A stretch of DNA of 64,000 nucleotides, taken from NCBI GenBank assembly GCA_043724245.1, contig JAYSMZ010000018.1, positions 626-64,625 of the forward strand, in the 5' to 3' direction. The notes under the pieces are model-generated. The model did not search any database. It saw nothing but the letters and a program-made list of their open reading frames with translations, and had not been told where the DNA came from. This document shows positions 35,722 through 45,863 of this stretch, piece after piece. Origin of the DNA: a bacterium (GTDB lineage Bacteria > Patescibacteriota > Saccharimonadia > Saccharimonadales > Saccharimonadaceae). A program made the translations under genes and the position numbers. Numbering within the stretch: position 1 is the stretch's first letter; the number at the start of each line of letters is the position of its first letter.

Positions 35722-36273
35722 ATGAACCACTATAACCAATCTTGGGAAAGGAAATCTCGTCGCGTCGTTTATGACACGCCATATATGCAAGTGTATGAGG
35801 ATCGTGTATGTCTTCCTGACGGTCATATTATCGATGACTACAGCATTACAAAGCTCCCTGATGGCATTATCATCATAGCGACCGATAAAGATCATAATTT
35901 AATAATTTTTGACGAGTATAAATATGCTGTTAATGAAACTATTCTTACGCTCCCAGCAGGTGGAGTTGATTGTGACGAAACCCCAATTCAAGCCGCCGCC
36001 AGGGAACTACTCGAGGAAACAGGGTACAAGTCGACTGACCTTGAACTAATTGGTGAGTTCTATGTTTACCCTTCTAAGATACAGCATACTAACTTTATGA
36101 TTCGTGCCAAGAACGCAAAGAAGATAACAAATATTGAACATGAAGCTACGGAAACAATAGGTGAGGTTCAACTTATCCCTGTAAATAAACTAAAAGAACT
36201 TAGGCTGGCTGGAAAATTTAACACCACTCCACTATTTACAGCACTTGCCCTGGCATTCCCTGAGACCTTTTAA
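35722..36273 (+). CDS. NUDIX hydrolase
   Basis: 183 aa. Nudix box GGVDCDETPIQAAARELLEETGY. Confidence 0.8.
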   Translation: MNHYNQSWERKSRRVVYDTPYMQVYEDRVCLPDGHIIDDYSITKLPDGIIIIATDKDHNLIIFDEYKYAVNETILTLPAGGVDCDETPIQAAARELLEETGYKSTDLELIGEFYVYPSKIQHTNFMIRAKNAKKITNIEHEATETIGEVQLIPVNKLKELRLAGKFNTTPLFTALALAFPETF

Positions 36274-36279
36274 ATACGA

Positions 36280-37200
36280 TTACAGTTTAGACTTAACGAA
36301 ATCTCTAACCGTTTGGCGGATATCAATTTTTGGTCTCCAGCCAAGCTCGTTTTTTAAGCGAGATGCATCACCAACATTGTCTTTGATGTCATTCGGTCGA
36401 ACAAGTGATTGATCGATTTTATATTCGACGTCTTTTATGTGCATTTCATTTTTTAATAAATCAAATATTTCTGATCCTGACAGGCTTATTCCAGAGCATA
36501 TATTGTATTTATCGTCTTTTAAATTTTTTGATGTGGCTAATTGACGATATGCCCGGACAATATCTCTTACATCAGTATAATCACGTTTTGTCTCTAGGTC
36601 TCCAGTGACTATCGTATCTTCGCCCTCTTTTAATAACACCAGGCGACTATGCAAATCGGGTATAATAAAGCCCTTTGATTGGCCGGGCCCTATGTGGTTG
36701 AAGGGGCGAGCGATAACGCAATCTAACCCTCGGTTTCGATAATAAGCAACTTGGTTTTCAATCAAAACCTTACTAACTACATATGGGGATGAAAAACCAA
36801 TCTCGCCACTTTCATCTATTGGGAGAGGTTGATCTGGGCTGTATATTGCCCCACTGCTGACAATAACAATTCTAGGCCGTTTTTCCTGTTTCAGATAATA
36901 TTCGCATAGATTGGTTACCATAGAGCTATTTGCACTTATATAAGCCTGGGGCTTATCAAATGACGGACCCACAAAAGCTAGTCCGGCTAGGTGGATGACA
37001 GCTTTGATATCTGGAATATTTGGCCAACCTTCAATAAGGTTAGCTTTATGGTATTCACTAATAATATCTGAGACATCAGGATTGACATTTGTCTCTTGCC
37101 CAATCCCTACAACCGCCAAACCTGCATTATTCAGTTCTCGGGCCAAATGATGTCCGACAAAACCATTTACACCGGAAATGACAACTTTTTCTTTGTTCAC
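36280..37200 (-). CDS. Extended-SDR NAD(P)-dependent reductase, GDP-4-keto-6-deoxy-D-mannose reductase (Rmd)-like
   Basis: 306 aa with a GTG start. Motifs ISGVNGFVGHHL (GxxGxxG), SPYVVSK (YxxxK), ARPFNHIGPGQ, and TKRDYTDVRDIVRAY. As I recall it, this resembles Rmd rather than Fcl/ColC-type enzymes. Confidence 0.6.
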   Translation of the reverse strand: MNKEKVVISGVNGFVGHHLARELNNAGLAVVGIGQETNVNPDVSDIISEYHKANLIEGWPNIPDIKAVIHLAGLAFVGPSFDKPQAYISANSSMVTNLCEYYLKQEKRPRIVIVSSGAIYSPDQPLPIDESGEIGFSSPYVVSKVLIENQVAYYRNRGLDCVIARPFNHIGPGQSKGFIIPDLHSRLVLLKEGEDTIVTGDLETKRDYTDVRDIVRAYRQLATSKNLKDDKYNICSGISLSGSEIFDLLKNEMHIKDVEYKIDQSLVRPNDIKDNVGDASRLKNELGWRPKIDIRQTVRDFVKSKL

Positions 37201-37254
37201 TAATACAGTATAACATTGATTTAAGGGGATATTACCACTATAATAAGGGCTACT

Positions 37255-38076
37255 GTGGAATTTTTCAGAAAACTAAAAATACGATATCGTTATTCAGTTA
37301 TTTTACTTAGACAACTCGTGATAACCGACTTTAAAATTCGGTATAAAGGCTCTGTGCTTGGATATGTCTGGACATTATTACGACCACTTGCTCTGTTTGT
37401 GGTGCTTTATGTTGTATTTGTAAATTTTCTCAAAGTAGGTAGCAACGTTCCTCATTATGCGGTGTATTTATTATTAGGTGTGGTTTTTTGGAATTATTTT
37501 GTGGAAGTAACAATGAACGGAGTCTCTGCTATCGTAGGGAAGGGTGAACTGCTCCGAAAAATGGCCTTTCCTCGTTATGTTGTCGTGGTGGCCGGGTCTT
37601 TTTCAGCACTAATTAGTTTAATCATTAATCTGTTTGTATTTGCGGTCTTTATGATTATCAACGGAGTGCCATTTACGTTAAATATTCTGTGGCTAATCCC
37701 ACTAATTTTTGAGTTATTCGTGTTTTCACTATCTGTTTCATTTATACTCAGCGCGTTATATGTTCGTTTTAGGGATATAAATTATGTTTGGGAGGTAGTT
37801 CTACAGGCTGGCTTTTATGCAACTCCAATACTCTACCCAATTGCATTGGTTTATACCATGTCTCCAATTGTTGCAAAAATTATGATGTTGAATCCGGTAG
37901 CCCAGATAATACAAGACGCTCGTCATTTAGTAATAACCCAAGAGGCTGTAAATATTGGGGGTATTTATGGAAGTTCTTATGCCCGTTTGTTACCGATAGC
38001 GATTGTAATTGTAACAGCTATAGTTGGAGTTTGGTATTTCAGGAAAAAATCACCAAGCTTTGCGGAGGAAATATAA
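37255..38076 (+). CDS. wzm: ABC-2 polysaccharide export permease (Wzm/TagG-like)
   Basis: 273 aa, 6 TM helices. N-terminal LVITDFKIRYKGSVLGYVWTLLRPL is typical of ABC-2 type transporters. Confidence 0.8.
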   Translation: MEFFRKLKIRYRYSVILLRQLVITDFKIRYKGSVLGYVWTLLRPLALFVVLYVVFVNFLKVGSNVPHYAVYLLLGVVFWNYFVEVTMNGVSAIVGKGELLRKMAFPRYVVVVAGSFSALISLIINLFVFAVFMIINGVPFTLNILWLIPLIFELFVFSLSVSFILSALYVRFRDINYVWEVVLQAGFYATPILYPIALVYTMSPIVAKIMMLNPVAQIIQDARHLVITQEAVNIGGIYGSSYARLLPIAIVIVTAIVGVWYFRKKSPSFAEEI

Positions 38077-38077
38077 G

Positions 38078-39280
38078 ATGGCAGAAGATGAAATAGCAAT
38101 CAGTGTAAAACATGTTTCAAAGAACTTCAAATTGCCACACGAAAGAGCAGACAGCGTCAAAAGTCTTTTTGTAAATCCTTTCAATAACAATCGTAATAAA
38201 TTTGAAGTTCAGCATGCTTTGCGGGACATTTCTTTTGATATTAAAAAAGGTGATTTTTTTGGAATCGTTGGCAGAAACGGTAGCGGTAAAAGCACTTTAT
38301 TAAAAATAATTGCCGGTATTTACCAGCCCAACAAAGGTAGCGTTTCAATTAACGGCAGACTCGTCCCGTTTATCGAGCTGGGTGTTGGCTTTAATCCGGA
38401 ACTTACTGGGCGTGAAAATGTTTATCTTAACGGCGCACTTTTGGGATTTTCTGAAAAGGAAGTCGACAATAAATATTCAGCAATTGTTGACTTTGCCGAA
38501 CTAGACCGATTCATGGACCAAAAACTAAAAAATTACAGTAGTGGCATGCAGGTTCGTTTGGCCTTTTCTGTCGCAACAATACTTGCCGAATCAGAGATTT
38601 TGTTAATTGATGAGGTACTAGCTGTAGGCGATGCTGATTTTCAACGAAAATGCTTTGAATATTTTAAGAAACTTAAAAGGGAAAATAAAACCGTCGTTTT
38701 CGTGAGCCATGACATGCTTGCTATACGTGAATACTGTGACAGGGCATTGTTGATTGATGAAAGTAAAGTGATTAAACAAGGAAAAGCAGACGACGTGGCG
38801 TCGGCATATGCAAAACAATTCATGTCAGGTGATCTGAATTCTAAACCCAAGCTATCCAGCGAAAAACGGTGGGGCAACAAAGATATAATATTTACCGAGG
38901 TGGTTTTCGATAAAAATATATATCACTCAGACGATAAGTATATTGAGATTGAGACAAAATATAAAGTTATCAAGAACACAGCCAAACCAATTTTCGGTAT
39001 CGTGGTAAAAAATTCAATAGGAACCACGCTGACAGGCGTCAATACGCGCATTCAGCATATAAATACTGGTGTTTTTAAATCAGGAAATGCGGGCTCTATC
39101 GTTTGGAAGATTCCAAATATATTTAATGATGGGAAGTATTCAATAGATTTAGCTATAATACATGAAGATACGATAACACAATATGACTGGTGGGAGGATG
39201 CAAATGATTTTACCGTGTATAGGGAAGAACACACATCTTATCTAGTTGAGCCTTCTATTAAAATTAGCATAAGTAGGTAA
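38078..39280 (+). CDS. wzt: Polysaccharide ABC transporter ATP-binding protein with C-terminal glycan-binding domain (Wzt-like)
   Basis: ATG 38078 follows GGAGGA. Walker A GRNGSGKST, signature YSSGMQVRL, Walker B LLIDEVL. A ~150-aa beta-rich C-terminal extension resembles the Wzt carbohydrate-binding module. Confidence 0.85.
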   Translation: MAEDEIAISVKHVSKNFKLPHERADSVKSLFVNPFNNNRNKFEVQHALRDISFDIKKGDFFGIVGRNGSGKSTLLKIIAGIYQPNKGSVSINGRLVPFIELGVGFNPELTGRENVYLNGALLGFSEKEVDNKYSAIVDFAELDRFMDQKLKNYSSGMQVRLAFSVATILAESEILLIDEVLAVGDADFQRKCFEYFKKLKRENKTVVFVSHDMLAIREYCDRALLIDESKVIKQGKADDVASAYAKQFMSGDLNSKPKLSSEKRWGNKDIIFTEVVFDKNIYHSDDKYIEIETKYKVIKNTAKPIFGIVVKNSIGTTLTGVNTRIQHINTGVFKSGNAGSIVWKIPNIFNDGKYSIDLAIIHEDTITQYDWWEDANDFTVYREEHTSYLVEPSIKISISR

Positions 39281-39285
39281 TTATT

Positions 39286-40314
39286 ATGAACAAATATATG
39301 AATAAAATATTTCAAATATCAAAAAAAATTAAATTGCCAATAGAGGCAAAAAGTTGGGAGACTATTCTTCTGACAGAATCACCGTTTGTTAAATCAGAAT
39401 CAGAAAGAGCAGACATGACCATATCTTGCCATGATACAGATAGTATCTATAAGGTTAAAGACGCTGGGAAAATAATTCGTGAAGGTAAAAATGAGTTGCA
39501 AATTATGCACAATGGATTAAAAGTGTTGGCCGGTGGCTATTATGGTGATTGGATGGTTGATATTATTAAAAAGTTGCGGGGTCATCATGAGCCACAAGAA
39601 GAATTTGCGTTTTTTAAAATTCTAAAAGAGATAGACACAAAAAGACCAAACTATATGATAGAACTCGGTTCTTTTTGGTCATACTACAGCCTATGGTTCG
39701 CGAAGGAAAACCAGAATAATCATAATATCTGCTGTGAGCCTGATCCAAACAACATACAAATAGGTAAAAATAATGCAAAAATTAACAAGCTAAATGGTGT
39801 AAAATTTATTCAATCAGCCGCTGGTAGTCAAGACGGAAAATCTATTACATTAGAGATGGACTCAGACAAAAATCGTACTATCGAGGCGCCCGTCAGGTCC
39901 GTAGACTCTTTAATGCAAGAGAATAATTGGCCAAGGCTGGATATATTACATATGGACGTTCAGGGCCAAGAGATAGACGCACTGATAGGTGCTGTAAATA
40001 CAATTAAAAACGGAAAACTTAGGTTTCTTTTCGTATCAACCCACCACTACATTTTTTCTGGAGACCCGCTGACACATAAAAAATGTCTAGATTTTATCAC
40101 TCAAAACGGAGGTAACATTATAGCTCAGCATAGTGTTCTGGAATCTTTTAGCGGGGACGGTCTAATTGTGGCGTCATTCTATGATAATGATAATGGTATT
40201 AATATACACCTAAGTGTTAATAGCAGTCAAGATTCACTTTTCCGACCATTTGAGGTCGATCTTTCACTTATGATTAATGCATATGAGCGTGCGATAAAAG
40301 AAAGGGATAATTGA
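39286..40314 (+). CDS. FkbM-family methyltransferase-like protein
   Basis: 342 aa. MIELGSFWSYYSLWF ... CCEPDPNN ... LDILHMDVQGQEIDALIGA parallels the FkbM D.GA/EP/K.D.EG.E blocks. Confidence 0.6.
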   Translation: MNKYMNKIFQISKKIKLPIEAKSWETILLTESPFVKSESERADMTISCHDTDSIYKVKDAGKIIREGKNELQIMHNGLKVLAGGYYGDWMVDIIKKLRGHHEPQEEFAFFKILKEIDTKRPNYMIELGSFWSYYSLWFAKENQNNHNICCEPDPNNIQIGKNNAKINKLNGVKFIQSAAGSQDGKSITLEMDSDKNRTIEAPVRSVDSLMQENNWPRLDILHMDVQGQEIDALIGAVNTIKNGKLRFLFVSTHHYIFSGDPLTHKKCLDFITQNGGNIIAQHSVLESFSGDGLIVASFYDNDNGINIHLSVNSSQDSLFRPFEVDLSLMINAYERAIKERDN

Positions 40315-40348
40315 CTCTGGTGTCGATACGAGAGCCTGAAAAAATCTA

Positions 40349-41239
40349 ATGAATAAACCCATTAACCCAAACAATTTATCAAACACATTTATTTCTTATG
40401 CTCAATACAATGAAGATACCATACTATTTGCCCTTTTATCAGATGTTAGAGAAGGGGTTTACGTAGATGTTGGGGCAAACTACCCAACAATAGATTCAGT
40501 TACAAAACTATTTTATGAAAAGGGATGGCACGGAATCAACATTGAACCCATCCCTTGGGTCTATAAACTTGTTCAGGAGGAAAGACCCGACGATATCAAT
40601 TTAAATATAGGTATCGGTAATAAAGCGGATGAAATAGATTTTTTTGAAAACACTGAGATGTCCGGACACTCTGGTTTTAACCAAAAGGAACTAGGTGATG
40701 TTAAATTAAAAAAGTATAAAGTAAAAATAAATACCTTAAAACAGGTTTTTATTTCTAATAAAATTCAAAAAATAAATTTTCTAAAAATCGATGTAGAAGG
40801 TTTTGAAGACGAAGCCATAAATGGTAACGACTGGTCTATCTATCGTCCAGAGGTTGTGTGCATCGAGTCTAACCATAACAAGGCCAAAACCTCATGGCAA
40901 CGGGTGCTAACTGACAATCGTTACAAACTGTTTATAATGGATGGGTTAAACGAGTACTATGTGGCTGAAGAATCGTGGTATCGAACAAATGGTTTTGCCG
41001 ATAGGGCTGTGAGTATCGATTACAAATCACTGAGGCAACACCAATACTATGCATGGGTTGACGATATTAAACAGCTAAATAATGCTACAAAGCTGAATAA
41101 GGATTATTATAATCGTATACAGAAATTGAATGATGATAATAAACTATCTTTAAGAGGTGTGGGGTACCGAGAAAGGCTAAAGCGAAGCCTGAAGGGTTTA
41201 ACTGTTGATTGGGTACGACACAAACGTAGTAAAAATTGA
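40349..41239 (+). CDS. FkbM-family methyltransferase
   Basis: 296 aa. Motifs YVDVGANYPTIDSVT, INIEPIP and NFLKIDVEGFEDEAING. Confidence 0.7.
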   Translation: MNKPINPNNLSNTFISYAQYNEDTILFALLSDVREGVYVDVGANYPTIDSVTKLFYEKGWHGINIEPIPWVYKLVQEERPDDINLNIGIGNKADEIDFFENTEMSGHSGFNQKELGDVKLKKYKVKINTLKQVFISNKIQKINFLKIDVEGFEDEAINGNDWSIYRPEVVCIESNHNKAKTSWQRVLTDNRYKLFIMDGLNEYYVAEESWYRTNGFADRAVSIDYKSLRQHQYYAWVDDIKQLNNATKLNKDYYNRIQKLNDDNKLSLRGVGYRERLKRSLKGLTVDWVRHKRSKN

Positions 41240-41284
41240 TTTGTCACATTTTCCGCAATGTTTTTTGAGTATTGACCTGATAAG

Positions 41285-42514
41285 TCATTTTTTAACTAAT
41301 ATATTCATTGTTTCACGTCCCGTATCACCCCAAGAATAATCTGCGCATTTTTTTAGACCTTTATCAATAAGTATTTTACGCTTTTTGCTATCGTTTATTA
41401 ATATAACCACTGATTCATATATACCCAGACCATCCATTGTCTTTGTGTACAGGGCGGCATCACCGGCGATTTCCTTTGTTGCCTTGTTATCGAACGTTAT
41501 TACAGGGCATGATGATACCATTGCTTCTAAAATCGGCAAGCCAAAGCCCTCGTAAAGGGTTGGGTATACAAAGGCGAGAGCGTGTTTCAGTAAAAAACTT
41601 TTATCTGCTTCACTAATCCTGCCCAATATGTATATCTTGTCTTTATATGAACTTGACTCAATAGCTTTCTTAACTACATTGTCAAGCTCGTGGCTATCTT
41701 CAACAAATTCATTACCTGCGAGTACAAGATTTATGTCGCAACCTCTCGCATTTAATAAGTTAAAGGCATGTATGAGTTCGTCAACCTTACGTCGTTGATC
41801 TGTCCCGCCGATAAAAATAAGGTAATTGCCGTCAATTTTACTAACTAACTTTGTAATCTCTGCAGAACTTTTTATCTGATAATTCTCTGCGAATGAGGGC
41901 GCAAGATATATAGTTGAAATCTTCTTCTTGTCAATTTTGGCGATATTCACTAGGTCACTCGTGGTTGTGTTCGATATACTTATTATTTTGTCTGCCCTTT
42001 TTAAAGTTTTTATCCCATTTTTGTATTTTTTTCCATAATAATAAGCTCTTAGCGATGATAGGGCACGCTTTCTAAGGCGTAGGTTTCTAAGGTGCCATGA
42101 TTTTTTCCAACTCGGTAAATACATATCCCTAAGGATGAAAGGTATCAAATCATAGGAAACGACAATATTTGTAATTTTATTAGACCAAGGTATACCAAGC
42201 AAATAATCGGGTTGGAAAAAAATATCGACATGGTGCTTTGCTAGCCCAATATATTTAGGTCTCAAAAGGCTAATCCCAAACAATATTGCTCCTTTTGGGC
42301 TTTTCTTGAACTTTACTCTCTTATATATAATCTCAGAATAATCTCTATCAACACCAAAAGAATAATCAACTATCGGGTTTGACTCATCAAAGCGCAGGAA
42401 CACATATTCAACTCCGTCCTTTGGGAAATATTGCATAATATTAATTAAATAGCTTCCTATGCCACGGTTCTGATGACCAATTTGTAAAGGCCTTAGGTCT
42501 ATTGCTATTTTCAT
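41285..42514 (-). CDS. Glycosyltransferase family 4
   Basis: 409 aa. Motif VYPTLYEGFGLPILEAMVSSCPVITFDNKATKEI. Confidence 0.8.
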   Translation of the reverse strand: MKIAIDLRPLQIGHQNRGIGSYLINIMQYFPKDGVEYVFLRFDESNPIVDYSFGVDRDYSEIIYKRVKFKKSPKGAILFGISLLRPKYIGLAKHHVDIFFQPDYLLGIPWSNKITNIVVSYDLIPFILRDMYLPSWKKSWHLRNLRLRKRALSSLRAYYYGKKYKNGIKTLKRADKIISISNTTTSDLVNIAKIDKKKISTIYLAPSFAENYQIKSSAEITKLVSKIDGNYLIFIGGTDQRRKVDELIHAFNLLNARGCDINLVLAGNEFVEDSHELDNVVKKAIESSSYKDKIYILGRISEADKSFLLKHALAFVYPTLYEGFGLPILEAMVSSCPVITFDNKATKEIAGDAALYTKTMDGLGIYESVVILINDSKKRKILIDKGLKKCADYSWGDTGRETMNILVKK

Positions 42515-43680
42515 TGTTTAGACGCCTTTTCTATAGTATCTATAAACGCCCTAGCAGATGATTTAACATTAAACTTTATTGCTTGTTCGTATCCATCTCG
42601 GGTCAACTTGTTAGTACTTGTCAACGATTTCTCGATAGCGTGAGCAATCTCTTTTTGGTAAATAGCATCTACGTATATGGCTGCTTTACCGCATGCCTCT
42701 GGTAGTGAAGAGTTATTGCTGACGACAACGGGTACGCCACATGACATAGCCTCTACCGGAGGAATCCCAAACCCTTCATATATGCTAACGTAGGCAAAGG
42801 TGCTTGCTCCGGAGATTATTGCAGGTAAGTCCTCGTCTGTAACGTAATCTACTGGTTGAATAACACGCAGTCCATTCATACGCATCAACTGAATTTTGTT
42901 ATGTATTTCTCCGTCTTTCCAGCCTTTGGCCCCGACAAGCAATAGAGCGTACTTTTTTTGTATTTCTTGGGGTAATAGTTCATATGCTGCCAATAGAGTT
43001 ATTAGATTTTTCCTAGGCTCCAGGTTTCCCACAAATAAAATATAATCATCAAAAATACCATATTTTGCTTTTACCTGTTTAATTTCCATACTAGACCTTC
43101 TGTAAAATAACTTAGTGTCGATTATTGGATAAATAATATCAATCCTATTTGGGTCGTAGTCGTACTGTTTATGGATTTCATTCTTGCTATTTGTTGAAAT
43201 TGTTATTAATCTATCAGACCGTTTTGCAGATAAATTTACTTGGTCCACAAGGAATTCCATATTTTTTGAATCACCGAACTGAGGATATTTGATAAATGAT
43301 AAATCATAAATAATCGATATTGATTTACTAATGAATGTTGTTGGCCAAGAACTGTAATTTGGAAATATATATATTTTTTTCCCAAAAAGTATATCTATTG
43401 GTGGCAGAAGATGTCTTCTTTTTAAACCGTTAATCCTATGTGCCGACAATGGCATCAGTTTTACTTTAAAATTATTGAATTCAAATTTAGTTAGTTTGTC
43501 TTTGTCGTGATGAGGAACGCCTATTGTTATTTTAAGGTGTGAATATTCATCAAGATTCAATAAATTATCGACAGCCTTTAACAAAGACAACATATAATGA
43601 CCAATTCCAGAAAAATGTTTAAAAACAATAACTTCTGCGTCAATAAATATTTTGATATTATTTTTCTTGTAGTTTTTCAT
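42511..43680 (-). CDS. Glycosyltransferase family 4
   Basis: 389 aa. Motif AYVSIYEGFGIPPVEAMSCGVPVVVSNNSSLPEA. 4-nt overlap with the downstream GT4. Confidence 0.8.
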   Translation of the reverse strand: MKNYKKNNIKIFIDAEVIVFKHFSGIGHYMLSLLKAVDNLLNLDEYSHLKITIGVPHHDKDKLTKFEFNNFKVKLMPLSAHRINGLKRRHLLPPIDILFGKKIYIFPNYSSWPTTFISKSISIIYDLSFIKYPQFGDSKNMEFLVDQVNLSAKRSDRLITISTNSKNEIHKQYDYDPNRIDIIYPIIDTKLFYRRSSMEIKQVKAKYGIFDDYILFVGNLEPRKNLITLLAAYELLPQEIQKKYALLLVGAKGWKDGEIHNKIQLMRMNGLRVIQPVDYVTDEDLPAIISGASTFAYVSIYEGFGIPPVEAMSCGVPVVVSNNSSLPEACGKAAIYVDAIYQKEIAHAIEKSLTSTNKLTRDGYEQAIKFNVKSSARAFIDTIEKASKQ

Positions 43681-43819
43681 ATATTTAGTTGTACACCATT
43701 ATATATCATGTCGTAGAGTAACCCAAAAGAGTAATATCTTCCTGTTATGGGTATAAAACACATATATAAAAAGTTAACGATGCCTAGAAAAAGATGTCTC
43801 AAGGGGTTGGTTTTTGCTA

Positions 43820-45859
43820 TTAAATACCATATGTTGCTGAATACCAAGTTGGTTGCCATGGTTGCGCATAAACAACAAGGTTACCGTCCGATTGAAGTAT
43901 TAATCTTGAAGAGCCCCTGCCTCCACCATGTGAATCCCAAACCGGTACCCAGTCTGTGCGGTATAGCACCAAATTGCCGTCACTCTGCATAACTAACTTA
44001 GTGCCACTCTTGCCTACAGTCCAGCTTGCCCAGACTGCTCTTGTGGGCGAATAAAGTACCAGGTTCCCATCACCCTGGAGGTCTAAATGGTATCTTTCAT
44101 CACTAGACATTAAGGCTTGGCCAACCTCTAGGGTTTGGTTTGCGTTTAATACTAACGGTGGGCGTTGTAGCGTCTGAATGGAAACTTGTCCGATATTATC
44201 ACTTAGCCATCTGTTACCCTCTATAACCAGTCCATATTGTTCTTGGTTTCGCGCTTGTGGTGTACCTGGAGAAGTGAGAGAAAAGGTAAAGGTCCCAGTT
44301 TTTCCGGGTAATATGTTTCCCTCTTGAGCCTTGGCTGCCCGACTATGGGATGGAGCTAGCCAACTACTATCGCTATATATACTTGCATGGTCGAGTGGAT
44401 TTGTCGTGGCAATTTGAGTTAAATCAGCCGGTAGCGTTTGGTTTCCAGTGTTATTAATTATTGCTTTTACATAAACTTTTGACCCCGTATAGTTTGTTAT
44501 ATTTTTGGGACTAAGCTTGCGTGACATTAAACTATCAGCGTACGTCTCAAATGATAAGATCTGAGTTGAATAATATGGACTTGACGATGCAACTGTGATT
44601 GGCATATTAAATGTCCCGTCCAGCCAACGTTGTCCTTCAATCAGTACGCTAAACGTTTCTTGGTAACTTGCGATAGATGGGGGAGCTTTCATTTTAAAAG
44701 AAAAGGTTGCCGTACCGCCACCGCCTACGGTGTTTTCGTTCATTGCGGCGGGCCTGGTAGGGCTTAACCACCCATCCTCAAAGACAGATATTCTTTCTTT
44801 TGGATTTTCCGTACCTATGCGCAGGGTTTCTTTGTTCCACGTCTGGTTGCCAGTATTTTTTACAGAAAGTTTTATATAAACCTCCTGATTAGGTTCAATT
44901 GTTGGCGAATCGGATAGTTTATTTTGGTATCCACTATCAGAATAAACTTCTTTCGAAATTATGCTATAACCATAAGTCGCCGCTGTAGTTGTTCCGCCAA
45001 ACCAATCACTAAAATATAAATAAAAATTACGGTTGCCGTGTGAACTACACGAATCACCGGTGCCATAGCCTGCATTTAATGACGCCTGATTTGGTTGGTA
45101 GGTTGTGTAATTATAGAGTGCTTGTGTTGCTCGGTTTTGAATGTTCACCGTACTACCGCCACATGCGGTATTTGGGTTATATAATATGTAATTATTACCT
45201 AAAACATATGGTGTATACCAACTTGTCCCAGAACGATAAGGATTAGACCAATTTTGGTTATTCGTTTCAATAGCATGGAACATTGTTGCCGCCCAATATA
45301 GTTGGGCAGTTAAGCCATAATACTGGCTATCGCATGCCGCACCGTCGGGGCATCCATACCCGGTTGCTGAACGGTATTGTACAGGCAGTGGCCATGTATC
45401 TGTAACCAAGCCCTGTTCTTTTTGCAGAAGGACAATTAAAACCTGCGGATTAATCTGGTACTGTTGGGCAACATTATAAATAATTTGAGCAGTACCCAAG
45501 CCATTTTCATTATAATCTTTCAGGCAAGGATAAGGCGGTGCTGGCCACCCCCTGGTAGCGGCGTATTGTGCGTGAGTTAAGTCTGAACGCCCAAAATCAG
45601 ATGCTGGGTGTGTTCCGTTTGTATCACAATCTGGTACTTTATTATTAAGAAAAACTTGTATTTGGTTAACGCTCATTGAATTATTGTTAGTAAAAATTAT
45701 ATCATCAATAATTCTACCGGGGTCAAAGCCAATTACTGCCGTGGCATGGCTAACACCGGCAAGCACTAATACTAATAGGGTAACGACTGTCAAAGCCATC
45801 AAGATAAGTGAGGCTTTGTTTTTTATTGATTTTGTCGATAAACCCATTCTAGCTACCAT
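43820..45859 (-). CDS. Secreted multidomain protein with C-terminal bulb-type (B-lectin) mannose-binding domain
   Basis: 679 aa with a signal peptide. The N-terminal Cys-rich domain (INPQVLIVLLQKEQGLV...GYGCPDGAACD) has unknown function. Two Ig-like repeats are each marked by NTGNQT. The C-terminus has three intact QxDxNxVxY motifs: LQGDGNLVLY, MQSDGNLVLY and LQSDGNLVVY. Confidence 0.75.
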   Translation of the reverse strand: MVARMGLSTKSIKNKASLILMALTVVTLLVLVLAGVSHATAVIGFDPGRIIDDIIFTNNNSMSVNQIQVFLNNKVPDCDTNGTHPASDFGRSDLTHAQYAATRGWPAPPYPCLKDYNENGLGTAQIIYNVAQQYQINPQVLIVLLQKEQGLVTDTWPLPVQYRSATGYGCPDGAACDSQYYGLTAQLYWAATMFHAIETNNQNWSNPYRSGTSWYTPYVLGNNYILYNPNTACGGSTVNIQNRATQALYNYTTYQPNQASLNAGYGTGDSCSSHGNRNFYLYFSDWFGGTTTAATYGYSIISKEVYSDSGYQNKLSDSPTIEPNQEVYIKLSVKNTGNQTWNKETLRIGTENPKERISVFEDGWLSPTRPAAMNENTVGGGGTATFSFKMKAPPSIASYQETFSVLIEGQRWLDGTFNMPITVASSSPYYSTQILSFETYADSLMSRKLSPKNITNYTGSKVYVKAIINNTGNQTLPADLTQIATTNPLDHASIYSDSSWLAPSHSRAAKAQEGNILPGKTGTFTFSLTSPGTPQARNQEQYGLVIEGNRWLSDNIGQVSIQTLQRPPLVLNANQTLEVGQALMSSDERYHLDLQGDGNLVLYSPTRAVWASWTVGKSGTKLVMQSDGNLVLYRTDWVPVWDSHGGGRGSSRLILQSDGNLVVYAQPWQPTWYSATYGI

Positions 45860-45863
45860 AACC

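Noticed and set aside
43677-43992. Small ORFs (60 aa minus, 81 aa plus) around the GT4/lectin junction.
   Set aside because: One overlaps the GT4 start, and the other is antisense to the lectin C-terminus. They have no motifs and are explained by neighbouring real genes.
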